The notes under the pieces are model-generated. The model saw nothing but the letters and a program-made list of their open reading frames with translations. It was not told the origin of the DNA and did not search any database. This document shows, piece after piece, positions 25,745 to 35,174 of a stretch of 64,000 nt of DNA (positions are counted from its first letter, which is position 1; every line of letters begins with the position of its first letter). A program made the position numbers and the translations under genes. Origin of the DNA: Octopus sinensis. Taxonomy: Eukaryota. The DNA lies in contig NC_042999.1 in the NCBI RefSeq assembly GCF_006345805.1, forward strand, positions 72,726,001 to 72,790,000, in the 5' to 3' direction.

Positions 25745-26944
25745 GAAGGGCTTCTTTTAGTTTCCATCTACCAAATCCACTCACAAGGCTTTGCTTGGCC
25801 CGAGGCTATAGTAGGTACCACTAGGTACCACGCAGTGGAACTGAACCAAAATCATGTAGTCAGGAAGCAAGCTTCTTACCACAGTCATGGCAGCACCGAT
25901 ATGTGGGGGGGGGCGTGTGCGTGTATCTATACTCATACATACATACATACATACATACTTACAAGTATATTTCTCCGACTTGGTTTGTTCTTCAGTTTTT
26001 CCGACATTCCAGAATGATATCCAGTCAATCATTTATATCCTTGTATTTCACTAGGTTTTGGTATCGGTGGTATGATCCACAGTGGTCTACAACTGGGACA
26101 GCATTTGCAACTTATCGGTGGATCGAATGACTGTGATGGTCTAATGCAAATTGTAAAGCCACTATTTCATCTGGTTTTTACTTTTGTCCAACTCTATTTT
26201 GTATTTCTCAACCCTAAGGTAAACTATTTATATTTACAGATTTTTTTTCCATTTTTTATTTGGTCTACATGATTTTTTTATGTGACACCGTGTGTTGAAA
26301 CAGATTTTGTTTGATCCTGGGAAGGTCATTATGCCAATAATAAATCTGTAATTTTAAGGAAATCATCAGTTGAAGACATTTCATTCCACATACATCTTTG
26401 AAAATGCATGAACAAATTACTTTTCTCTAATTGTTTATTTTTGTTTACCACAGGTTTGCATCCATCGCTACAAGACATTGGCTCGTTTCGGATTAATGCA
26501 TATGTGCGGCACAAATATCTGTGTCTGGTTTCGTAATATTGTAGTGGAAACACTGCATGAGATGCATTCTGGGATTGCTCACTCTTCCAACGGTCATGGC
26601 AGTCACGGTCTCAAACATCCGCTCGTTGAACATCACCAAAACAATCACACTACACATCCAAGCATTCATATGCATACCGTTCATCACGTTAAAGATACAC
26701 ATCATATAGAACATACTCACAACTCGTCTCTTCAGCTCCATTCTCACCACAATGCAAATGTTTCTTCCAGGCTAATTGCAGGTAATTGTGAACATTTTTT
26801 TTCCTTTTATTTTCCGTGAAAGAAGCACAGGCATGGTTGTGTGTTTAAGAAACTCACCACAGCATTTTGGGCATGTGACATCCGTTACAGCCTTGGGCGG
26901 TCAAACCTGTGTGTGTGAGTTTGGTAGAAGGAAAACGCGCGCGC

Positions 26945-27002
<58 letters not shown>

Positions 27003-27102
27003 ATTTACTTATGCTTATATAATATATATAAATATATACATCGATTTTCTTTTAAAAATCCTGTCTGCATGAGCATTAATTTTTACATTGCACACACATT
27101 TC

Positions 27103-27181
<79 letters not shown>

Positions 27182-30106
27182 AATATATATATACTCTTTT
27201 ACTTGTTTCATTTGACTGCGGCCATGCTGGAGTACCGCTTTTAGTCGAGCTTATTCTTTGTAAGCCCAGTACTTATTCTATCGGTCTCTTTTGCCGAACC
27301 GCTGAGTGACGGGGACGTAAACACACCAGCATCGGTTGTCAAGCAATGCTAGGGGGACAACCACATACACACATATATATACATACGGGCTTCTTTCAGT
27401 TTCCGTCTACCAAATCCACTCACAAGGCTTTGGTTGGCCCGAGGCTATAGCAGAAGACACTTGCCCAAGATGCCACGCAGTGGGACTGAACCCGGAACCA
27501 TGTGGTTGGTAAGGAAGCTACTTACCACACAGCCACTCCTGCGCCTGTATATGTATGTATATATATTTATATATATAAATATATATTTATATATGTGTGT
27601 GTGTGTGTGTGGTGTGTGTGTGTGTGTGTAATACCTGCGCATAATGTAAATAAGCGTTGATGCAGGCGTACAGGACATTTAAAAGAAAATCAAAAGTTAA
27701 CAATGTAGAGGAGCGTATTAATGTAATAGAATAACGTATGCGACGGGGTTACTAATGTACAAGCCTAGTGCGGAATATTATTATGACTTTTGGAATGCTT
27801 CCTATATTTCCATGTGTCTCTTAGATATTATTTTACGCTTCGCAGGTGAAATTTATCCCCTTGTTAACAGTTTGTTCGTTACTGCCGTTAGAGTTCAGTT
27901 GCAGCACTCTGACAGCGTTTTGATCAAAGAATTCTGAAAGCTTACTTACTCAGGATTACTTCTGATCTGAATACTGATTTGTAGTGAGTCGCGTATTTAT
28001 TTCAACATTAACTATTTTCTTTGATTACCTTAGAATAAATAGGTTTTTACCAGTAAAGCGAGAGTAATGAATGGACAAATAACGACTATATTTATAGTCG
28101 TCTGCCTATTGTCTGTGACCATTGAGGAGATAACTACTCCTAAATGCTAGCATCTCACAGTCTACGTAGATGGCGCTGCGAGCTGATCTCGGTGTATGCA
28201 CACCATTTTTCAACAAGCGATATATATTCTCCATGACAAAACTCAGTGAGTAGCTTGTTCTCGAGTTCGAACGTGCATCAAGTATATTCGGACTGATAAT
28301 AATATTGCAAGCTATATTTATATTGAAACGTCTTTGACTGTATAAGGAGTGTCGTCATAGTCGTGCGGTTAAGAATTTCGCTTTACAATTGTGTTGTTCT
28401 GCGTTCGATATCAGTGGACGGTACCTTGAGCGTGTGTCTTCTCCCACAGCCTTCAGTCACCCCTGCCATTAAGAGTGAAATAGAATCAATGGAAACTGTA
28501 CAAAAACCTATTGAAATGTACCTCTTCTTGAGTAAAAGATAATCTGTTGCCCAATTTAATACTACTACCTTTTTCTGTATGTGTGGTCATTCGTGGGATG
28601 GGGTCTGTTGCAAACATTCTGATCAAGCCTACACTTTAAAAATAACCCATGGACGGTTTATTCCTCCATTCCCTGTCGCTTGTTTTGAAGGATCTCCAAA
28701 GCCATGGGCACTACTCTTTCTCATCTAATTAAGCAATAAAATTATCAATAATTCCATTGTTGTACTGAATCTAATGATGTTTATTGTTTTGTTTTTTTGT
28801 TTTTTCCTTAATTAATTTTCTTCTACAGCGATGGTCAGTACTGTGAATTCTCATGAAACAAAGGCTTTGAAAACACTTCCTGATGTAAACTGCTACTGGA
28901 ATAAAATGATGGGCAAAGTGGTGGAACAAGCAGGGCCTTATCTCTATCCTTGCAGTATTGAATACAGTCTTATTTGTGCCGGTAAGACATTATGATCTAT
29001 GAAAACCCTTAATCTTAACTGAAACATTTGTTATCTCTTTATGTTAGATAGATCCATCGCCCGGTTTAATATACCACCTGTTTTTGGAATGCATTCATAT
29101 CCTAATGTCCTTCATTTTTAAGATTGTAATTTATGATTTGAGGGGAATCTGGCTTCTATTTCTAGAGTCGAGCAACGGCGTAGATGCGCCTTTGTTAGCT
29201 CGATATTTTTATTAGACTAAATTTCAGTTTCAATACAAACCTGATAATTTATTAAGTAAATAAGAAATATTTATGGAGTCTCCAATATCTTCATTTCTAA
29301 TTTCAGGTATAATGTTTGTACTTTGGCAACAAGTTGGTCGAGGACCAAAACCCATTTTCACAAAAACCAACGGACAAAATGCTGATGATGACTTTCAGGA
29401 ATCTCGCTCATATCGTTTGAGTGTTGACTGTGGTGGTTCAAGTCGAGGCCTTTTCCTCGGCATTCTTCTTTTCGTGGGTGCCGTTATAACAATGGTAGCT
29501 TTCTATGTTTTAGTTCACAAAGAAAATATGACAATTACTGCCTTGGCTCTGGTTCATCTCTCTGAAATAATAATATACTTGTTGGGTTTAATTGCAACCA
29601 TAACAGCCGCATGGCGCATGCGTGGTCTGGCTTACAAACCTGGCCATGCATCCGTTCTCGAAAGCGTCCTTATATTGATATCCTTAACCGGTGTGTTTAT
29701 TTTCTGCCTCTTTGGAATCATTGCCGCTCTTTTCCACGAGGAAAGTGGTATAACGAACACTTTGTCAATTGCATCGAATCTCATGATGATTATTCAGTCC
29801 ATAGTTCAAACTGTATTTATGGCTGTTGGTGCTGAAATGCAAGCTTATACCCAAGCTCAAGAACGTCAAAAACCAGGACGAGAACTGGTCACATTTCTCA
29901 TATTGTGCAATTTGTCCCTTTGGGGCATCAATACATTCGAAACACAGCGCGCTGAACATAATCCCATTCAAACGGATTTTTATGGACACATGGCTTGGGC
30001 AATACTTACACACATATCTGTACCCCTTGGAATATTTTTCCGATTTCATTCTACAGTTTGTCTATCAAATATCTGGAAAAACGCTTGGAAAATCAGACAT
30101 CACTAA
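11335..30106 (+). CDS. Otop: Otopetrin proton channel (OtopLc-like), spliced CDS: join(11335-11488,15604-15718,20310-20574,26055-26218,26454-26781,28829-28981,29307-30106)
   Basis: All junctions are GT-AG with matching phases (2,0,1,0,1,1) and no internal stop. Otopetrin motifs: [78 protein letters not shown]. Stop TAA at 30104-30106. The 5' end is incomplete without exon 1. Confidence 0.95.
11505..11672. repeat. (AAT)n microsatellite just inside intron 2
   Basis: Directly visible. It is the source of the poly-N/I/L pseudo-ORFs. Confidence 0.95.
12280..12575 (-). mobile_element. LINE RT C-terminal relic (RTE-like)
   Basis: [11 protein letters not shown]...GWKRPHGR resembles the RW.GHV...GRP tail of RTE-type LINEs. 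Confidence 0.6.
13420..14106. mobile_element. Inverted pair of family A SINEs (13420-13629 minus; 13889-14106 plus)
   Basis: Two full copies head-to-head with a spacer of about 260 bp. Confidence 0.85.
14460..15170 (+). mobile_element. Tandem family A SINE array (one head, about 3-4 units of about 180 bp)
   Basis: Units restart at GTATTTCGTCTG after ...AAAGAAATAG near 14695 and 14878. Confidence 0.85.
15604..15718 (+). CDS. Otop: Otopetrin exon 3 (TM1)
   Basis: Acceptor TTTTGCAG and donor GTATGT. Translation [28 protein letters not shown]. Confidence 0.95.
16955..17370 (+). mobile_element. tRNA-derived SINE, family B (internal microsatellite)
   Basis: Head GGCTGTGTGGTAAG...GGGTTCAGTCCC, body GTGAGTGGATTTGGTAGACGGAAACTG and tail GCTCCAGCATGGCC...ACTGAAACAAG. 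Related copies lie at about 20750-21885, 27198-27545 (-), 31288-31685 and others. Confidence 0.85.
19292..20145 (+). mobile_element. CR1-like LINE, 5'-truncated 3' end in otopetrin intron 3
   Basis: Open frame to TGA at 20053 with [26 protein letters not shown] and [10 protein letters not shown] 3' stem-loop GGCCA-ATAA-TGGCC and an 8-bp tail (TATCAAAG)3 lie at 20120-20143. Confidence 0.9.
20310..20574 (+). CDS. Otop: Otopetrin exon 4 (TM2, cytoplasmic loop, start of TM3)
   Basis: Acceptor TCTTCCCAG and donor GTGAGT. Translation [10 protein letters not shown]...[10 protein letters not shown]. Confidence 0.95.
20643..22051. mobile_element. hAT-type MITE containing nested insertions
   Basis: TIRs TAGTGGTTCTCAACC and GGTTGCGTACCACTG. 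The 8-bp target duplication CTTTAGAC/GTTTAGAC matches at 7 of 8 positions. Confidence 0.7.
20967..21265. repeat. Near-perfect palindrome, 144-bp arms with an 11-bp spacer
   Basis: 20967-21110 is the reverse complement of 21122-21265. I saw two mismatches. Confidence 0.9.
22870..23192 (-). mobile_element. Tandem family A SINE array
   Basis: The repeat unit contains the junction AAATACCTATTTCTTT (reverse complement of AAAGAAATAGGTATTT). Confidence 0.8.
24054..24247. mobile_element. Mariner-like MITE
   Basis: TIRs GGTGCTGAAAAGTTCC and GGAACTTTTCAGCA(A/C)CCC. Related copies lie at about 43672-43846, 50019-50132 and 57931-58147. Confidence 0.75.
25016..25151. repeat. Short inverted-repeat element (37-bp arms)
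   Basis: TATAATACAAATAAGAAAATGGAGAAACAATTTAGTT is inverted with one mismatch. The same terminal motif occurs at 20967 and about 49085. Confidence 0.8.
26055..26218 (+). CDS. Otop: Otopetrin exon 5 (TM3-TM4)
   Basis: Acceptor TTTCACTAG and donor GTAAAC. Translation [16 protein letters not shown]...[12 protein letters not shown]. Confidence 0.95.
26454..26781 (+). CDS. Otop: Otopetrin exon 6 (TM5 plus His-rich loop)
   Basis: Acceptor TTACCACAG and donor GTAATT. Translation [26 protein letters not shown] followed by the His-rich segment. Confidence 0.95.
28829..28981 (+). CDS. Otop: Otopetrin exon 7 (end of loop, TM6)
   Basis: Acceptor TTCTTCTACAG and donor GTAAGA. Translation ...[31 protein letters not shown]. 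Confidence 0.95.
29307..30106 (+). CDS. Otop: Otopetrin exon 8 (TM7-TM12, stop)
   Basis: Acceptor CTAATTTCAG. Translation GIMFVLWQ...[24 protein letters not shown]. Confidence 0.97.
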
Positions 30107-32197
30107 TTATGATCTCCAAGTTATATTTATTAAATGTTTTTCATTGTTCTTCAAGTATTTTATTTTTCTCATCACTCACTTCAAATGCACTCTTCTTTAC
30201 CTGACACTTGAAGGAATAATCTCAAGTTGTTCAGCAGATAAAAAATACGTCGGAAACTCGGAGCGTAGGCAATTTTCATCTTCATACTAACATAGAACAA
30301 AAATTTTCTGTAATGGGGCATCGTTTTTGTTTTGTTTTATTTTGTTAACGACTTAATCACCAGAATTTAAAAGAAATCCATTTTACATCAAACATAATAG
30401 TTGAAAACATTTCACAATTGATTACCTTGAGGAAGTACGACCTAGATTACGGCAAAGATACGTTATCTACACAAGAAAAGATATCCGTAGTATTTATATT
30501 AACCATCTTACCTGAAGATTACTTTTCGTTGTTATCTTCTGAAAAAAAAATTGACTTTTTTTTAAATTTCATCAATTCAAAAGACAGGATTTTTTTTCAA
30601 CCTATATTGTACCAGAAACCCTGTGAACGAAAAAATAAAAGTGCTAAGATCTTTGCAAATGTATACTCTTGGTTTTAACACTTATGAATCAACTTTGTGA
30701 TTCAACTTAAAATTTTCTATTCAGAAATTTTTCTATAACTTCTATCTAGAGAGAAATTCATTGTAAAACATATGGCCTTAGTTTTTAATACTGGATTAAA
30801 AAGAAACTTGGAAATATAAATATAAACTCTATAAATACCCAATCAGAAACAAACCGACGACAGAAGCTCTATACGGTCTTTCTACGTGCTAGAAATAGCA
30901 AGCAAATCTTCTTCACTTCACAAAAAGCCTTAAAAAGAAACGTTACATTAACTAACGTAGTACTAGATACACCATGTTTGAATAAAATACATGGAGCTCA
31001 ATGGAGCTGAGATGACAGTTAAAAACAAATATAAAAGAACAATCACATCAAAATAAATATATATATATTTTTAATAATCAAGTAAATAAACTTTTTCATA
31101 ATTCACAACTTCGTTAATAATGTAATCTATACTCTAAATATTTTAAGTTCATACCAAAACACAGTAGCGTAGTTGACTCCTAACCACATCTTTACACTCC
31201 AGAATGAATCACTAAACTTTGTTCAGTATATATATATTTGTGTGTGTACGTGTGTATTATATATATATATATATATATTTATATTTATAGGCGCAGGAGT
31301 GTCTGTGTGGTAAGTAGCTTGTTTACCAACCACATTGTTCCGGGTTCAGTCCCACTGCGTGGCACCTTGGGCAAGTGTCTTCTACTATAGCCTCGGGCCG
31401 ACCAAAGCCTTGTGAGTGGATTTGGTAGACGGAAACTGAAAGAAGTCTGTCGTATATATGTAAATATATGTATATGCGTGTATGTTTGTGTGTCTGTGTT
31501 TGTCCCCCTAGCATTGCTTGACAACCAATGCTGGTGTGTTTATGTCCCCGTCACTTAGCGGTTCGGCAAAAGAGACCGATAGTATAAGTACTGGGCTTAC
31601 AAAGAATAAGTCCCGGGGACGAGTTGCTCGATTAAAGGCGGTGCTCCAGCATGGACACAGTCAAAATGACTGAAACAAGTAAAAAGAAAAAAAGAAAGAA
31701 TATATATATATATGTATGTATATAGACACACACACATATATACATGTATATACATATGTGTGTGTGTGTGTGCGTGTGTGTATGTGTGTGTATCTAGGTA
31801 TCTTGAATGTATTTGCACATAGTCGTCTAAGAATTCATAAGTCAGAAAAACAGCCACGTGTATATTTGTCAATAGAGTGGCTCTGTGATTCTAATATCCG
31901 ATGTGAAACCGATGAGTAAGATCGCATGTAATGGATCTATTATATTGTGTACTTTGACTAATGTGTATGCGTGTGTGTGTGTTTGTGGGTATACGTACGT
32001 ATGTGTGTATATATATATATATATATACATACACATATAACTGCAATTATATATATATATATTATATATATATATATATGTATATAAACATACATATACA
32101 TACATACATATATATATGTATGTGTGTATATATATGTATGTGTATATATATATATATATATTATATATATATATTATATATATATATATATATATAT

Positions 32198-32677
32198 CTT
32201 GCAGTTATTACATTCCGCATTTAAATTGTTTTTCTATCATAATGTCACAAAAATCGAATTCATTTCCTGATCGAAGACAATCTGTGGTTTCTATTTAAGT
32301 TCTATATAAATCGTTCATGCTGTATATGGAAAACAGAATTGGTTATATTAATACAAAATGGAAAAAAAAAAAAAAAACTTCGGCTTTGTTTTCGTTCTTA
32401 TTTTTTTTTTTTTTACAACATTGTTTTGGCGCTGGAAATGTGCAGTCACAACAACATCAACTCAAGGTCAACGAAAATACAGACTACCGTAATCATTTTA
32501 CATTGTCTGCACCAGAAAAAAAAATTTTCTTTTTTTTTTACTTTTTCCTTTATTTATTTATCAATTTTTTTTTCTAGATTGTCAATAATGTACTCAGTAT
32601 CATATTTCAAAATATTCCACATAATCATGCCACCCTTCAACGGAGTACACACACACACGCACATACACACACACATC

Positions 32678-32729
<52 letters not shown>

Positions 32730-33021
32730 CGTGGTCACCGTGACCGACCAGGCTATCAGATGTTGCTACACATCGCTGGTCACAATGCGCTTCGCACTGT
32801 TTTAGCCTTCAACTGACGCCACCCCCGCTGGCTAAGCGAGCAGGCCAACAGAAGAAAGAGTGAGAGAAAGTTGCGGCGAAAGAGTACAGCAGGGATCGCC
32901 ACCACCGGAGCCTCGTGGAGCTTTAGGTGTTTTCGCTCAATAAACAATCACAACGCCCGGTCTGGGAATCGAAACCGCGAGTCCGCTGCCCTAACCACTG
33001 GACCATTGCGCCTCCATACAC

Positions 33022-33103
<82 letters not shown>

Positions 33104-33593
33104 ATATATATCTTGCAGTTATTACATTCCGCATTTAAATTGTTTTTCTATCATAATGTCACAAAAATCGAATTCATTTCCTGATCGAAGACAATCTGTG
33201 GTTTCTATTTAAGTTCTATATAAATCGTTCATGCTGTATATGGAAAACAGAATTGGTTATATTAATACAAAATGGAAAAAAAAAAAAAAAACTTCGGCTT
33301 TGTTTTCGTTCTTATTTTTTTTTTTTTTTACAACATTGTTTTGGCGCTGGAAATGTGCAGTCACAACAACATCAACTCAAGGTCAACGAAAATACAGACT
33401 ACCGTAATCATTTTACATTGTCTGCACCAGAAAAAAAAAATTTTCTTTTTTTTTTACTTTTTCCTTTATTTATTTATCAATTTTTTTTTCTAGATTGTCA
33501 ATAATGTACTCAGTATCATATTTCAAAATATTCCACATAATCATGCCACCCTTCAACGGAGTACACACACACACGCACATACACACACACATC

Positions 33594-33645
<52 letters not shown>

Positions 33646-33930
33646 CGTGGTCACCGTGACCGACCAGGCTATCAGATGTTGCTACACATCGCTGGTCACA
33701 ATGCGCTTCGCACTGTTTTAGCCTTCAACTGACGCCACCCCCGCTGGCTAAGCGAGCAGGCCAACAGAAGAAAGAGTGAGAGAAAGTTGCGGCGAAAGAG
33801 TACAGCAGGGATCGCCACCACCGGAGCCTCGTGGAGCTTTAGGTGTTTTCGCTCAATAAACAATCACAACGCCCGGTCTGGGAATCGAAACCGCGAGTCC
33901 GCTGCCCTAACCACTGGACCATTGCGCCTC
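32198..33930. repeat. Direct tandem duplication, unit about 914 bp
   Basis: 32198-33016 recurs at 33112-33930. The differences I saw are homopolymer and microsatellite lengths. The junctions lie in (TA)n/(CA)n. Confidence 0.9.
32727..33016 (-). mobile_element. tRNA(Arg)-like SINE, family C (probably OR-type octopus SINE)
   Basis: Minus-strand head GGAGGCGCAATGGTCCAGTGGTTAGGGCAGCGGACTCGCGG...TTCGATTCCC has A/B boxes and a TCG anticodon-like loop. Copies at 33643-33930 and 43250-43543, with related heads at about 47520-47810 (-) and 59396-59695 (+). Confidence 0.75.
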
Positions 33931-33937
33931 CATACAC

Positions 33938-34004
<67 letters not shown>

Positions 34005-34036
34005 ATGAAAGAATGGAGTCGAAGATGTTAACAAAA

Positions 34037-34133
34037 TTCCTTTACTCTCGACACATGTTTCGAAGACAGCATATTTTCATTCCGAAGGAATAAAGGGTGC
34101 ATTATGCAATCTTCTCATCAGGAAAGAAAAGGA
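34037..34133 (-). ncRNA. Type I hammerhead ribozyme (left arm)
   Basis: Reverse complement of the right-arm ribozyme. CTGATGA core at 34121-34115 and GUC cleavage triplet ending at 34050. Confidence 0.75.
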
Positions 34134-34781
34134 GCCTCTCTCGACAACAAGACAAAAAAAAAATTCCAATCCGTTAGAAGCATTGACGTCAATAAGGGCA
34201 GGAGATTTTGTAACATTTATAACTCTGAACTCTTCCATATTCTTTTCGCTAAGGTTCCCCTAGTAAACACACTCAGAAAAATCGTACAAATGTAAATATT
34301 GGCAGAAACACACTTTCTACTCATATAAATGATAACGATAGTCACTGTAATTTTAACAATTAGCTTCACGTCCACCCCATTGCTATAGAGAAATTCTTTC
34401 CGAAGCCTTCGAACATTCTTTCAGTCAACGTACACTTCCCTCTCCACTTGCTCCCTACCTATTACTCGTTTATATCTTCCCTTACTACTACCTATCTTTG
34501 ACGTCTGTCTCTCTCTCACACACACAATCACACACACATACACAAATGCAGTTATACACACACACACATACACACACACACAAACACGCATTCATTAACA
34601 CAAGCACACACCCACACATTTCCATACATACACCAAACATACTGTCCCCTACCTATTTTTACTTCCTCCTACTATCCATTTTTGACGTCAATGCTTCTAA
34701 CGGATTTTTTTAAAAAAACACTCATTATCGCTTTGGAGGCAATCATCGGAATTTTTTTTTTTTTTGTCTTGTCGAGAGAGG

Positions 34782-34879
34782 TTCCTTTTCTTTCCTGATG
34801 AGAAGATTGCATAATGCACCCTTTATTCCTTCGGAATTAAAATATGCTGTCTTCGAAACATGTGTCGAGAGTAAAGGAA
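34782..34879 (+). ncRNA. Type I hammerhead ribozyme (right arm)
   Basis: TTCCTTT-T-CTTTC / CTGATGA (34795-34801) / stem II GAAGA..TCTTC / GAAA (34855-34858) / stem III CA-TG-TG / GUC ending at 34866 / GAGAG-T-AAAGGAA. All conserved core nucleotides and three helices are present. Confidence 0.8.
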
Positions 34880-35082
34880 TTTTGTTAACATCTTCGTTCG
34901 ACTCCACTCTTTCATGTATTCATATACAACACACAAATTTCTACACATGAACACGGAGTTTCAACCCCTGACAGGTCGCTTCAACCGTGTTTTCTGACGT
35001 GAATTTGCTACCCATGTTTCGGTTAAACGAACTTTCCATGCTGACGATAAACATAGGATAATTCATTCACCTACTTATATAT

Positions 35083-35174
<92 letters not shown>

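Larger units (their letters stand above)
34005..34915. mobile_element. Non-coding element bounded by about 165-bp inverted repeats, each carrying a hammerhead ribozyme (PLE-derived or retrozyme-like)
   Basis: 34005-34167 is the near-identical reverse complement of 34748-34915 (a few substitutions and short indels). There is an extra inverted 25-mer (34168-34192 / 34682-34706). No coding capacity was recognised. Confidence 0.8.

Noticed and set aside
28169-28246. AG...GTGAGT-bounded segment in otopetrin intron 6 as an alternative exon
   Set aside because: All three frames contain stop codons.
29611-30290. Alternative-frame and antisense ORFs overlapping the last otopetrin exon
   Set aside because: These are shadow ORFs of the real coding frame.
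32920-33016. tRNA-Arg-like sequences, also at 33.9, 43.5, 47.8 and 59.4 kb
   Set aside because: These are SINE heads fused to a common body. The acceptor stems are imperfect, so they are not called as tRNA genes.
34998-35050. Minus-strand GAAACATGGGTA motif resembling a hammerhead 3' half
   Set aside because: There is no CUGANGA upstream of the putative stem II.
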